Origin: an uncultured bacterium
GTDB lineage: Bacteria > Krumholzibacteriota > Krumholzibacteriia > JACNKJ01
Assembly (NCBI GenBank): GCA_964627205.1
Contig: CAZVHI010000003.1
Span: forward strand, 4,830-68,829
Direction of reading: 5' to 3'
DNA length: 64,000 nucleotides
A model generated the notes under the pieces. The model made no database searches. It had not been told where the DNA came from and saw only the letters and a program-made list of their open reading frames with translations. The position numbers and the translations under genes are program-made. This document shows, one piece after another, positions 9,062 to 18,899 of this stretch (position 1 is its first letter; each line of letters starts with the position of its first letter).

Positions 9062-10672
9062 ATGACACGCATGGAAATCCGGATCAAAGGCATACTGTGC
9101 GTCGCGGCGCTCGGTCTGCTCCTGGCCGGCCCGGCAATCGCCTCTGAGCTCGCCACTGCACCTTCGCATCAGCAGGCCGAGCAGATGATCGAGAACATGG
9201 TCGCGCGCATCGTGCTCAACGATGTCGGCCGGCTCTTCGGCGAGGAGGCTGGCGTGGGCTGCCTCGAAACCGCCAAGGTCTCGCTCTGCCTCGACCCCGC
9301 CACGCCCAAGGACGTATACGACGAACTCCTCCGTAGCCTGCCCACCTGGGAAGGCGACGACCGCTACCAGCGCCTCTACCGCTGGACCGTCACCGCCACC
9401 GACGGTTACACCGGTATCATCGGCGATCCCGTCACGATCACCTACAGCTTCATCCCCGACGGGACCTGGATCCCGCCCGGTGCGGGCGAGCCCGGCAGCG
9501 CCAGCTCCCTCTACGCCGAGATGAACGGCCACTTCGGCAGCGAGGCCGTCTGGAAGCCGATGTTTGCCTCCCACCTTGCCCTCTGGGGCAACCACATCGG
9601 TATCACCTACGTCGAGGTCTCCGACGATGGCGCCAACTTCCCCAACTCCACCGGCATCCTCGGCAGCCGCGGCGACGTGCGCATTGGCGCCCACAACATC
9701 GACGGCGGCAGCAACATTCTCGCCTACAACTACTTCCCCAACACGGGCGACATGGTGCTGGACACAAGCGAGAACTGGGGCAACCCGTCGAACGACTACA
9801 TCTTCTTCACGAACATCGTCGCGCACGAGCACGGCCACGGCCACGGCCTCGGCCACGTGCTGCCCACGAGTTGCACGAAGCTCATGGAGCCGAACTACTG
9901 CAACAACTTCCGCGGCCCCCAGGATGACGACATCCGTGGCGGCATGCGCAACTACGGCGACTTCCTCGAGGAGAACAACAGCGGTGCCGAAGCCACGGAC
10001 CTCGGCGTGCTCAATGGCGAGTACGACATCGAGACCGTTTCGCTGACCTATTCGGCCGACCACGACTGGTTCCACTTCTCGGTCGGCGGCGACACCCCGC
10101 TGGACGTCACCATGCATCCGGTGGGCTCGGCCTACCAGGTGGACGGCGTGGTCGTCTTCACGAACAAGATCATGGACCTGGCCTTCGAGCTCCGCACGGG
10201 AGTGGACGGCGGGACCTTGCTGATCGAGGTCAACGACGAGATCGAAGGAGTCGACGAGGTCCTGGTCGACTACCCCCTGACGGCGGGCGACTACTGGATC
10301 CACGTGAAGCGCGCCGCGGGTGCCAGCGACGTGCAGCGCTACAACCTGCACCTGAACGTCGACGAGACCGCGGTGCCGGACGGGGAGATGGCCATCGCGG
10401 GCCTGAACCTGCGGAACTATCCCAACCCCTTCAACCCGAAGACCACCGCTCGCTTCTACGCGCCGGCGGCCGGTCACGTCAGCCTGGACGTCTACAACGT
10501 CGCGGGTGGGCTGGTCCGCAGCTTCGAGACCGAAGCCGCGACGGCGGGTTGGATGGAGATCGTGTGGAACGGCAAGGACGATCACGGCCAGGCCGTTCCC
10601 AGCGGCATCTACTTCATGCAGGCCCAGGCCAGCGGCGAGAAGGAGACCGTCCGCGCCGTTCTCCTGAAGTAG
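9062..10672 (+). CDS. Secreted metzincin-type zinc metalloprotease (matrixin/M10-like) with a pre-peptidase C-terminal domain and an NPFNPxT sorting domain
   Basis: Signal peptide. VAHEHGHGHGLGH fits the HExxHxxGxxH metzincin motif. ITYSF is matrixin/serralysin-like. C-terminus NYPNPFNPKTTARFY...SGIYFMQAQASGEKETVRAVLLK. Confidence 0.8.
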   Translation: MTRMEIRIKGILCVAALGLLLAGPAIASELATAPSHQQAEQMIENMVARIVLNDVGRLFGEEAGVGCLETAKVSLCLDPATPKDVYDELLRSLPTWEGDDRYQRLYRWTVTATDGYTGIIGDPVTITYSFIPDGTWIPPGAGEPGSASSLYAEMNGHFGSEAVWKPMFASHLALWGNHIGITYVEVSDDGANFPNSTGILGSRGDVRIGAHNIDGGSNILAYNYFPNTGDMVLDTSENWGNPSNDYIFFTNIVAHEHGHGHGLGHVLPTSCTKLMEPNYCNNFRGPQDDDIRGGMRNYGDFLEENNSGAEATDLGVLNGEYDIETVSLTYSADHDWFHFSVGGDTPLDVTMHPVGSAYQVDGVVVFTNKIMDLAFELRTGVDGGTLLIEVNDEIEGVDEVLVDYPLTAGDYWIHVKRAAGASDVQRYNLHLNVDETAVPDGEMAIAGLNLRNYPNPFNPKTTARFYAPAAGHVSLDVYNVAGGLVRSFETEAATAGWMEIVWNGKDDHGQAVPSGIYFMQAQASGEKETVRAVLLK

Positions 10673-10725
10673 CAGCCTGCATCGCGGCCCTGCGCCGCAC
10701 GATCGACGAACGATAGCATCACCCA

Positions 10726-10762
10726 CCGGGGTCCTCCACGAGGAGGACCCCGGTTCTTTGTT
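10726..10762 (+). terminator. Rho-independent terminator after the metalloprotease gene
   Basis: ccggggtcctcc-acga-ggaggaccccgg (12-bp perfect stem) followed by ttctttgtt. Confidence 0.65.
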
Positions 10763-10882
10763 ATGTGTGTCCTGAATTCACGGAATGCAGATCAGGCTGG
10801 AATCCTTCTCGCACCATGAGTACGCTGCCGCAATACGAAGGAGAAACACCGACCCGGGAATCGTTGCCCGGAAAACCCAAGG

Positions 10883-11917
10883 ATGAAGAAGATGAGGAAT
10901 GCTGTTCTGTCCCTGCTCGCCCTGGCGATGCTGTGCACAGCCGTGCCCGCGTTAGCGGGCGGCGAGGAAAGCTTGAAGTTCGGCAGCAGGTTCTACTTCG
11001 ACTACTTCGTCGACCTCACCGACTACGAGACGGACGACCAGACCCCCACCCGCGGCTTCGAGTTCCGTCGCGTCTACGCCACGGTGAAGAAGAGCTGGGG
11101 CGACATGCTCCTGCGCTACACCACCGACATCGACTACAAGTACGGCACCGGCAACCTGAACGTCTGGACCAAGTACGCCTACCTGCAGCACTCGGGCCTG
11201 ATCCCGAACGCCAAGATCCTCCTGGGCCAGCACAGCCCCAAGACCCACGGCTGGGTGGAGAAGATCTGGCACTACCGCTCGATGGCCAAGACCATGGGCG
11301 ACACGAACAAGTGGTCCGAGTCTGCCACGCTCGGCCTCGGCGTGCAGGGCAAGACGGGGGACGGGATGCTCGAGTACTACCTCGACCTGAACAACGGCAT
11401 TGGCTACAAGAAGGCCCTGCGCAAGGACGGCATGGGCTTCGCGGCCCGGGCGGTGGCCAGGCCCGCCGGTGGCATCGTCCTCTCCGGCTGTTTCACCAGC
11501 AACACGCGGGGCACCTACGAGGACGAGGATGACATGGGCGATCCTGTCATCGCCGGCTCGGATCAGGCGATCACCTACATCGAGGGCGTGGCCGGATTCG
11601 AGCACGATCGCTTCAGCGTCTACGGGCAGTATGGCCTGAACACCGCGCCCGGCGAGGACGCGGACACGAAGTCCTCGGGGCTCTCGGTCTTCGGCCGCGC
11701 CGAGCTGGTCGAGGGCACCTACGCCCTCGCACGCTTCGACAAGATCGACCCGGACACCGACGCCGATGACGACGGCCACAACTGGATCCTCGTGGGCCTC
11801 GATCACGAGATCCACGACGGCTTCTTCTTCCAGCCCAGCGTCCGCATCACCAGCTATCAGGTGGCGGGCGCCGACAGCGAGAAGGAGATCGTGCTCACCT
11901 TCTACGGGAAGATCTAG
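10883..11917 (+). CDS. Outer-membrane beta-barrel porin-like protein
   Basis: Signal peptide MKKMRNAVLSLLALAMLCTAVPALA. Alternating amphipathic beta-strand pattern rich in Y/G/D/T. C-terminus ends in an aromatic-x-hydrophobic segment (LTFYGKI). Confidence 0.55.
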   Translation: MKKMRNAVLSLLALAMLCTAVPALAGGEESLKFGSRFYFDYFVDLTDYETDDQTPTRGFEFRRVYATVKKSWGDMLLRYTTDIDYKYGTGNLNVWTKYAYLQHSGLIPNAKILLGQHSPKTHGWVEKIWHYRSMAKTMGDTNKWSESATLGLGVQGKTGDGMLEYYLDLNNGIGYKKALRKDGMGFAARAVARPAGGIVLSGCFTSNTRGTYEDEDDMGDPVIAGSDQAITYIEGVAGFEHDRFSVYGQYGLNTAPGEDADTKSSGLSVFGRAELVEGTYALARFDKIDPDTDADDDGHNWILVGLDHEIHDGFFFQPSVRITSYQVAGADSEKEIVLTFYGKI

Positions 11918-12792
11918 GCCGGCTTACCCTCGGTGCGCAGACGGCGCAGCTCGGCCACGAAGGCCCGCACGCGGTCGGGATCCACGGGCTCGCGCCAGTC
12001 GCCGTCCTTCTTGAAGTGGCTGCCGACGATGAAGGCGTCGGCGAGGGGAAAGTAGTCGGGCAGGTTGCCAACCGTCACGCCGCTGCCGAGGATCACGGGC
12101 AGCTCCGTGTGCGCGCGGACCTCCGCGATGTCCTCCGCCAACGGAGCGTCCCCCGTCACGCGGCCCGTGACCACGGCGCCATCGGAGCGGTGCAGCGCGA
12201 GCAGGCCCGCCATCTCGCCGAGGCCGAGGTCGGCGGTGAGCGCGTGGCTCGCATGCTTCTTCTTCACGTCCGTGAAGACCCGGATCCCGCCCGCGCCGAT
12301 GCCCTGCTGGTAGCGCTTGACCCGTCCGCCCTGGGCGTCGACCAGGCCCTTGTCGCTGACATGGGCATGGGTCCAGGCCTCCGCCCGGATGAACTGCAGC
12401 CCGGCCGCCTGGGCTACGGCCAGGGCCGTGCGGTTGGCGGCGAAGAGCACCTGCACGCCTAGCGGGAGGGGGCGCGCCGCGCCGCCGGCGAATTCGTCGC
12501 AGAGGGTCCGTGCGGCGACGGCCATGCGCGTCATGTAGGCCCCGACCTCGGGGCCCATCTCGTCTTCGCGCACGCAGGGAAAGTCGTGCATGTTCTCGAG
12601 CAGGAGGGCATCGACCCCGGCGGACAGGCAGGCCTGCAGGTCGCGCCCCATCGTCTCCAGCGCGCCCATGATGCCGGGAAAACCACTCACGCCCGGGCTG
12701 GGCGCGAGGTGCAGCATGGCAATGACGGGACGGTCGACGTCGAAGAGCTTTGCCAATTCAACACCCTCCGCGATTCGAGCGGGCGCCTTCAC
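11914..12792 (-). CDS. btpA: BtpA/SgcQ family protein (TIM-barrel)
   Basis: AMLHLAPSPGVSGF resembles the conserved BtpA-family LHLxPLPGSP motif. About 290 aa, typical for the family. Confidence 0.65.
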   Translation of the reverse strand: MKAPARIAEGVELAKLFDVDRPVIAMLHLAPSPGVSGFPGIMGALETMGRDLQACLSAGVDALLLENMHDFPCVREDEMGPEVGAYMTRMAVAARTLCDEFAGGAARPLPLGVQVLFAANRTALAVAQAAGLQFIRAEAWTHAHVSDKGLVDAQGGRVKRYQQGIGAGGIRVFTDVKKKHASHALTADLGLGEMAGLLALHRSDGAVVTGRVTGDAPLAEDIAEVRAHTELPVILGSGVTVGNLPDYFPLADAFIVGSHFKKDGDWREPVDPDRVRAFVAELRRLRTEGKPA

Positions 12793-12815
12793 GCCCGCCC
12801 GGCAGTTTCAGCGGC

Positions 12816-13325
12816 TCAATAGAAGATCAAGCCGACAGCCACGGCGCCCAGCACGACCCAGGCGGGATCCACCCGGAGCAGCAGTGCCGCCAGGGCCACG
12901 GCGCCCAGCAGCAGCGTGTCCCAACTGGGACGGAGCCCGCGCGTCGAGTTCAGCGCCAGAAAGAGGAAGATCGCGACCACGACAGGACGCAGGGCCCGCA
13001 GCGCCGCGGCCACGCGGGGCTGGTCGCGGTACTCCATCACGAAACGCGCGAGGATCAGGATTGCCACCGTGCTCGGCACGAGCATCGCCACCAGCGAAAC
13101 GGCGGCGCCGGGAATCCCGGCGGCCGAGTAGCCACAGTAGAGGGCCATCTTGGTGGCGAGCGGGCCGGGGAGCCCCGTGCTGAGGGCCACGGCGTCGGAG
13201 AACTGAGCGGGGCTCATCAGGCCCAGGTCGGCCATCTCCCGCTCGATGAGGACCAGCATCGCGGGACCGCTGCCGAAGCCGAGCGCGCCCACCTTCAGGA
13301 AGGCCAGGAAGAGTTTGAGAATCAC
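12816..13325 (-). CDS. chrA: Chromate transporter family protein (single CHR domain, short-chain type)
   Basis: 169 aa. LKVGALGFGSGPAMLVLIEREMADLGLMSPAQFSDAVALSTGLPGP matches the ChrA domain consensus (GFGGGxAMLPLLxxExV...ALSQxxPGP). Confidence 0.7.
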   Translation of the reverse strand: MILKLFLAFLKVGALGFGSGPAMLVLIEREMADLGLMSPAQFSDAVALSTGLPGPLATKMALYCGYSAAGIPGAAVSLVAMLVPSTVAILILARFVMEYRDQPRVAAALRALRPVVVAIFLFLALNSTRGLRPSWDTLLLGAVALAALLLRVDPAWVVLGAVAVGLIFY

Positions 13326-13338
13326 GTCCGCCTCCTCC

Positions 13339-15336
13339 CTAGCTCCCCGCGGAACGGCTCCGCCCGTTCGCCTTCAGCCAGAGGGCCACGAAGAGCACGC
13401 CGAAGAAGAGTAAAGGCCAGCCGCCGCCGAGCCCATCGGTGAGGCCGCGGATACCGCTGCCCGGGATGCCGGCCGCCGGGTCGCCGTCGGTGCCGACGAG
13501 CGTGCCGAGTGGCCCCCAGAACTCCGCCGCCCCCACCAGGATGCTGATGATCACGCCCACGATGGCCGCGCCGGCGATGAGCCCGCTGCCGTAGAGCACG
13601 CCCCGCTCGCGGCGCTCCAGCTTCTCGTTGCCGGTGAAGCGCTTCTCAGTAAAGGCGCGGATCAACCCCCCCGCCATGATGGGCGTCGACAGCTCGATGG
13701 GCAGGTAGAGGCCAACCGCGAAGGCAAGGCTGTTCGCGCCGAGCAGCTCCACGACGATCGCCGCGAAGGCGCCGATCGAGAGCAGGGTCCAGGGCATGTC
13801 GCCCTCCATGACCCCGTCGATGACCGTGCGCATGAGGTTGGCCTGGGGCGCTAGTAGCTCGCCGCTGACGATGTCGCTCTTGAAGACGTAGATCACGAAG
13901 GCGATGGCGATGGCGCTCGTCACGACGCCGACGAACTCGCCGAGCTGCTGCCGTCGCGGCGTGGCGCCGACGAGGAAGCCTGTCTTGAGGTCCTGGCTCG
14001 TATCACCGCCGATGGCCGCCGCGATGCAGACCACCGCGCCGACCGAGAGCACGCCGTACTTGGCCTCCGCCCCCGCGCCGAAGGCGACGAAGAGCGCCGC
14101 GGTGATCAGCAGCGTGGCGATGGTCATGCCGCTGACGGGATTGCTCGTCCCGCCGATCAGGCCCACGATGCGGCTGGAGACCGTGACGAAGATGAAGGCG
14201 AAGACCAGCACCGCCACCGCGCCGCCGAGCCCCACGGGCAGGATCGAATCCGGCAGCGCCCACATCAGAACGATGAGCGCCAGCGCGCCGAGCATGACGG
14301 CAGGCAGGGGCAGGTCGCGCTGCGTGCGCCGCACGCCGCTCGCGTCGGCGGCGGCCGAGTTGCTGAGCCCTGCCACGCCCGAACGGAAGCTGCTCAGGAT
14401 CGTCGGCAGGCTCTTACCCAGGGTCACCAGGCCGCCGAAGGCCACCGCCCCCGCGCCGATGAGCTTCACGTACTCGCCGCGGATCGCGTTCGCATCCATG
14501 AAGGTCATGCCGCCCAGCTCGCGGAAGTAGCTGATCAGCGGCACGAGCACGAGCACACCCAGGATCGCGCCGCCGAGCATGAGGCCCGCGATGCGCGGGC
14601 CGATGATGTAACCAACGCCAAGCAGCTCGGGCGTGACCTCCATGCCGATGTGATAGCGGTTGCGGAAGGTCGCCCCCGGGTCCTTCCCCCAGAAGCTGAG
14701 CCACTTGTCGTGCATGAGGAACATGTAGAGCCCGCCGAGGCCGAGGCCCTGGAAGAGCTGCTTTGCCTTGTTGGCGCCAGCCTGGCTGGAGACGAGCACC
14801 TCGGCGCAGGCCGTGCCCTCCGGGTAGAGGAGTTTGCCGTGCTCCTTCACGATGAGGTGACGCCGGAGCGGGATCATGAAGAGCACGCCCAGGAGGCCGC
14901 CGGTCAGGGCCAGCATGAAGATCTTCAGCCGCCCCGGATCGGCGGCGGGGTCCGATTGCATCCAGAGGAAGAAGGCGGGGATGGTGAAGACAACCCCTGC
15001 GGCCACCGACTCACCCGCCGAGCCCACGGTCTGCACCATGTTGCTCTCGAGCAGCGTGGCCCCCTTTGCGACGCGGAAGAAGAACACGGCGATCACGGCC
15101 GCGGGGATCGACGCCGCCACGGTGATGCCGACCTTGAGGGCGAGGTAGGCGTTCGCGGCGCCGAAGATCACCCCCAGGACCACGCCCATGAGCACCGCGC
15201 GCATGGTGAGCTCGGTGGGCGACTGGCTGTGCGGCACCACGGGTTCGTAGCGGTCGCCGTCCATGGGCTCGTAGGCGCTGGGGTCGAGGCCCCGCGTCTC
15301 GGGGGCGCGCTCGTCGCTCACGGCGTCTCCTCGCAT
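13339..15336 (-). CDS. OPT-family oligopeptide transporter
   Basis: 665-aa polytopic membrane protein resembling the bacterial OPT family (TIGR00733-like). The start may instead be the internal Met MDGDRYEP or MRAVLMG. Confidence 0.8.
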   Translation of the reverse strand: MRGDAVSDERAPETRGLDPSAYEPMDGDRYEPVVPHSQSPTELTMRAVLMGVVLGVIFGAANAYLALKVGITVAASIPAAVIAVFFFRVAKGATLLESNMVQTVGSAGESVAAGVVFTIPAFFLWMQSDPAADPGRLKIFMLALTGGLLGVLFMIPLRRHLIVKEHGKLLYPEGTACAEVLVSSQAGANKAKQLFQGLGLGGLYMFLMHDKWLSFWGKDPGATFRNRYHIGMEVTPELLGVGYIIGPRIAGLMLGGAILGVLVLVPLISYFRELGGMTFMDANAIRGEYVKLIGAGAVAFGGLVTLGKSLPTILSSFRSGVAGLSNSAAADASGVRRTQRDLPLPAVMLGALALIVLMWALPDSILPVGLGGAVAVLVFAFIFVTVSSRIVGLIGGTSNPVSGMTIATLLITAALFVAFGAGAEAKYGVLSVGAVVCIAAAIGGDTSQDLKTGFLVGATPRRQQLGEFVGVVTSAIAIAFVIYVFKSDIVSGELLAPQANLMRTVIDGVMEGDMPWTLLSIGAFAAIVVELLGANSLAFAVGLYLPIELSTPIMAGGLIRAFTEKRFTGNEKLERRERGVLYGSGLIAGAAIVGVIISILVGAAEFWGPLGTLVGTDGDPAAGIPGSGIRGLTDGLGGGWPLLFFGVLFVALWLKANGRSRSAGS

Positions 15337-15398
15337 GGAAGGATGGAATCGACGGGTTTGGCGGAGGCTATCACCCTGCGGCGAGAAGGGTCAATGCT

Positions 15399-16760
15399 TC
15401 AGCGGGGTGAGAGCAGCGCCGCGCCCCGGGGATGAGCTGATCTCTCCGAACGCAGGATGGAAGTCATCGCGCCGAGCAGGCCGAGAACGAGCCAGAACTG
15501 GTTGTCCATCATTGATGCACCGAAGATCCAGTCAACGAGCTTGACCGCGAGGAAGACCCAGATGCCGGTCATCATGGCGCGTGGCAGGTCTTCCAGCTCA
15601 TGGGAGAAGACGTAGCGCATCTCTCGAAAGACGGCGCGTAGAAAGGCGAGAAAGAGGAGCACGCCGAGCAGTCCACCCTCGGCGATGATCGTGGCGTAGA
15701 GGGTGTGACTGAGGGTCGTCCCAGAGTGGTAGATCATGTCGTGGTTCATGAAATACTGCCAATGCTCGACGACGAGACGCGAAAAGGACTGGTAACCGCC
15801 GCCCCAGAGCCAGTGCATTCCATCCGCCCAGATCTGGAGACCCCCGAAAGCCAGCAGGGTTCGGAAGCGGCCCGAGAAGTCGCTTCCAAGTGATCCGAAG
15901 GTCTGCAGTCGGTCAAGCAGGGCGACACCATAAGGCGTGAAGAAGGCCATGTAAATCGCACCGACAGTTCCCACGAGGAGGAAGATCCCCACCACGCGAC
16001 GCGTCTCGGCGAAGCGGAGGAAGAAGAGCTGAGCTACCACGAGAGTTAGCCATGCGCCGCGCGAGAAGCTCAGCAGGATCGCGCCGAAGCTGAGGAAGAG
16101 GACGAGCAGGATGCCTGCTCCCCAGTATCTGCGGAGCCCGCGCAACGAGAGTGTTGCGATCATGAACAGCGAGAGGGTCGTAAGGAACTGTGCCATGCGA
16201 TTCGAATCCCAGAACGTGCTCATGGCGCGAACGCCGCTCGCCTCGGGTCCGTGTTTCTGAAAGGCCTCCACGGCACCCAGGGTAAAGGCGTTCAGCGTCT
16301 GCATGTGGGCCAGGACGCTGACGACCAGCGCCGTCGCCACCATGGAGACCAGCACGATCACCATGTCGCTGCGCTTCTCCACGAAATTTGCCACGATCAA
16401 GGCGTAGAGCCAAACGACCGCCAGACGCGTGAAGTAGAACGACCCGCGGAGGAGGTCGGGACTGTAGAAGGTCGAGACGCCGCAGAAGACGAGGAAGGGT
16501 AGGAACCAGAGCAGATGTCGCGGGAGACGGAGCCGTTTCCCGGAGAGGGCCATCCAAAGGAGGAACACGCCGAATAAAACGAGCTTCAGAAGATTGTTCG
16601 CTGTGAGAGCGCTTCCCTGGACGCGACCCATGTGATCGAGGCTCACTGTGTAGACGCTGAGCCCGATCAGCAGAGCGGGCCTGCGGAGGCTTTGGAAGAA
16701 GAGGTAAAGAACCAGGCTCAGGATCAGGACGATCGCCGGCAGCCAGACGAGCTTTTCCAT
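15399..16760 (-). CDS. O-antigen ligase / Wzy-family polysaccharide polymerase-like membrane protein
   Basis: Start at MEKLVWLPAIVLILSL, overlapping the upstream stop (TGATG). Polytopic protein with the LLSFSRGAWLTLVV motif typical of the O-antigen ligase domain. The ORF-track N-terminal extension to 17231 overlaps the upstream gene and was rejected. Confidence 0.65.
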   Translation of the reverse strand: MEKLVWLPAIVLILSLVLYLFFQSLRRPALLIGLSVYTVSLDHMGRVQGSALTANNLLKLVLFGVFLLWMALSGKRLRLPRHLLWFLPFLVFCGVSTFYSPDLLRGSFYFTRLAVVWLYALIVANFVEKRSDMVIVLVSMVATALVVSVLAHMQTLNAFTLGAVEAFQKHGPEASGVRAMSTFWDSNRMAQFLTTLSLFMIATLSLRGLRRYWGAGILLVLFLSFGAILLSFSRGAWLTLVVAQLFFLRFAETRRVVGIFLLVGTVGAIYMAFFTPYGVALLDRLQTFGSLGSDFSGRFRTLLAFGGLQIWADGMHWLWGGGYQSFSRLVVEHWQYFMNHDMIYHSGTTLSHTLYATIIAEGGLLGVLLFLAFLRAVFREMRYVFSHELEDLPRAMMTGIWVFLAVKLVDWIFGASMMDNQFWLVLGLLGAMTSILRSERSAHPRGAALLSPR

Positions 16761-17956
16761 CACGATTCCTCGAGCAATCGTCGGAATCCGCTGGATGCGG
16801 AGCCGTCGCCCAGGGTCTTCAAGGCCTCCAGACCGAAGAGAGAGAAACAGACGATCAGCAGAGCAATAGTAGCCATGAGGAGTGTGATCAGCTTGCGTCG
16901 GGGCCAGTCGGGCTCTGCCGGCGCGTGAGCTCGGTCCAGAACGGTAAAGGTCTCGACGTCGATGCTCGTCTGTAGACGCGCTGACTCCCGCTCCTGCACG
17001 AGGGCGATCTCGAGCTGGCGCAGCGTTTCGAGTCCGCGATCGAGTCTCGCCAGCGTCTGCTCCAGTTCTGTACTCTTGCCCGGCGGCAGCCCGGAGATCG
17101 GAGAAGCAGAATCTCTCTCCTCTGATTCGCCCTCGAGAGTCGCCAGCATGTGGGAGTAGACGTCCCGCTCGGCCTGCAGGGCCAGCAGCCGTGGACTGTC
17201 CGACGCGAGATCCAGTGCCAGGCGCTCGCAATCCAGCTGCTTCTCGAGCAACCCGCCGCGCACGCGCTGGGTCAGGGCGAGGATCTGATCCCTTTCCGTG
17301 TCGAAGTGGACGAGGCCGTGCTTGGTCAAGAAGCGCGATTTCTCCCGCTCGGCGTTCAGGATCTCCTCCTCGAGAACCACCAGATGCTCGTCGAGGAAGC
17401 GTACCTTCTGGTCGGCGTAGCGGTGATAGCGCTCGAGGTTCACTACCTGGAGAAGCTCCAGGTAGTGGTTGGCAATGCGTGCACTCATCTGGGGATCGCC
17501 GGTCGTCACGTGCGTGAAGAGGATCTGGATCTGGAATGAGAGCTCGAAGTGGGTCGCGCGCCGCAGCCGATCAATGCTCTTGGCCAGAGCAAGGGCGGAA
17601 TCTTCCTCGACGATCCCGAAGAACTTGGCAAGGCCGAGGTCCTCGACCATGGTGCTTTGAACCCTGTGGCTGGCCATGATCTCGAGGTTGTGGCTGTTGC
17701 GCTTGGTGACGTTCCCCATGCGGAAGCTACGCCGGAAGCTTCCCTTCTCCCGGCTGAGCTTGTAGCTGGACACAACATCCGAACGGCCTGGCAGCAACGT
17801 GGCGGTGGCCCGATAGCGGGGGGTGATCAGGAAGGAGGCACAGAATCCGAGGAGCCCCGCAAAGAGGGTCACGCCCAGGATCAGCCAAGCACGCCGCCGG
17901 AAGATATTGACGAGATCCAACAACGAGAAGTCGATATCCTTGCGCAGGCTGCTCAT
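16760..17956 (-). CDS. Polysaccharide chain-length determinant (Wzz/GumC-like), no kinase domain
   Basis: N-terminal Wzz-type segment LDLVNIFRRRAWLILGVTLFAGLLGFCASFLITPRYRATATL, a long coiled-coil periplasmic region, and a C-terminal TM helix. Start overlaps the trpA stop (ATGA). Confidence 0.65.
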   Translation of the reverse strand: MSSLRKDIDFSLLDLVNIFRRRAWLILGVTLFAGLLGFCASFLITPRYRATATLLPGRSDVVSSYKLSREKGSFRRSFRMGNVTKRNSHNLEIMASHRVQSTMVEDLGLAKFFGIVEEDSALALAKSIDRLRRATHFELSFQIQILFTHVTTGDPQMSARIANHYLELLQVVNLERYHRYADQKVRFLDEHLVVLEEEILNAEREKSRFLTKHGLVHFDTERDQILALTQRVRGGLLEKQLDCERLALDLASDSPRLLALQAERDVYSHMLATLEGESEERDSASPISGLPPGKSTELEQTLARLDRGLETLRQLEIALVQERESARLQTSIDVETFTVLDRAHAPAEPDWPRRKLITLLMATIALLIVCFSLFGLEALKTLGDGSASSGFRRLLEES

Positions 17957-18801
17957 GACCTCGTCGCTTTCTTCATGGCCGTCACGAAGTTCCGCACCTC
18001 GCCGGCGAGTCGCTCCCGCGCGGCTCTGCTGAGGGCCCGACCCCCGTCGCTCGCGTGTTGCGCGATGATCTCCACCACCGCGCTGCCGCTGATCGCGCCG
18101 TCGGCGCCCGCTGCGAGGGCTAGGCGGACATGCTCGGGTTTGCCCACGCCGAAGCCCAGTAGTGTCGGGATGCGGCTCCGCCGCCGGATACGCCGCAGGA
18201 GCGGAGCGGCGCTGCGGGCGAGGTTGTGGTCGCGACCCGTCACGCCCGTGCGGCTGACCACGTAGAGGTAGGGCCCCTCCTCGGCGAGGATGCGCTCCAG
18301 GCGCTCCTCGCTGGTCGTGGGAGTCGCCATCAGCACGCTGCCCACGCCTGCTTTTTCCGCGGCCTCCTTGAAAGGCGCGGACTCCTCCCAGGGCAGGTCG
18401 GCCACGAGCACGCTGTCGGCCCCCGCCCGCCCGACGCGGCGGTAGAAGGTCGCCGGGCCCGGCCGGCGCACGAGGTTGGCGTAGAGCAGGAGGCCGATGG
18501 GAATCTCCGTCCGCTCCTCACGGAAGCGCGCCAGGATCTCCAGCGCGACGACGGGATCCACCCCGGCGTCCAGCGCGCGCAGGTCCGCGGCCTGGATGGT
18601 CGGCCCGTCGGCCAGGGGATCGCTGAAAGCGATGCCCAGCTCCAGCATGTCGGCGCCGCCGTCCGCGAAGGCTCGCAGGATCGCCAGACTGCTCTCGGGA
18701 TCGGGATCGCCCAGCACCGTGAAGGGCACGAAGGCGCCTTCGCCGCGTTCGCGGAGCCGCCGGAAGGCCGTCTCGTATCGTTGATCGTGCATGAGTGTCA
18801 T
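17953..18801 (-). CDS. trpA: Tryptophan synthase alpha subunit
   Basis: Start at MTLMHDQRYETAF. Classical TrpA motifs LELGIAFSDPLADGPTIQ and GFGVGKPEHV. The ORF-track upstream extension to 19083 was rejected. Confidence 0.85.
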   Translation of the reverse strand: MTLMHDQRYETAFRRLRERGEGAFVPFTVLGDPDPESSLAILRAFADGGADMLELGIAFSDPLADGPTIQAADLRALDAGVDPVVALEILARFREERTEIPIGLLLYANLVRRPGPATFYRRVGRAGADSVLVADLPWEESAPFKEAAEKAGVGSVLMATPTTSEERLERILAEEGPYLYVVSRTGVTGRDHNLARSAAPLLRRIRRRSRIPTLLGFGVGKPEHVRLALAAGADGAISGSAVVEIIAQHASDGGRALSRAARERLAGEVRNFVTAMKKATRS

Positions 18802-18899
18802 TCTAGGCCCACCCTCCGCTGGCGCGCAAGAGAGGAGCCGGCGCTCGGTGATGCCGCAGCGGAAGCATGCCTTCTGGCACTGCGCCAGCCATGGCGATC

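Noticed and set aside
15399-17231. N-terminal 157-aa extension of the O-antigen-ligase-like ORF
   Set aside because: The extension overlaps the Wzz gene in another frame and is Arg/Gly-rich. The true start MEKLVWL coincides with the upstream stop.
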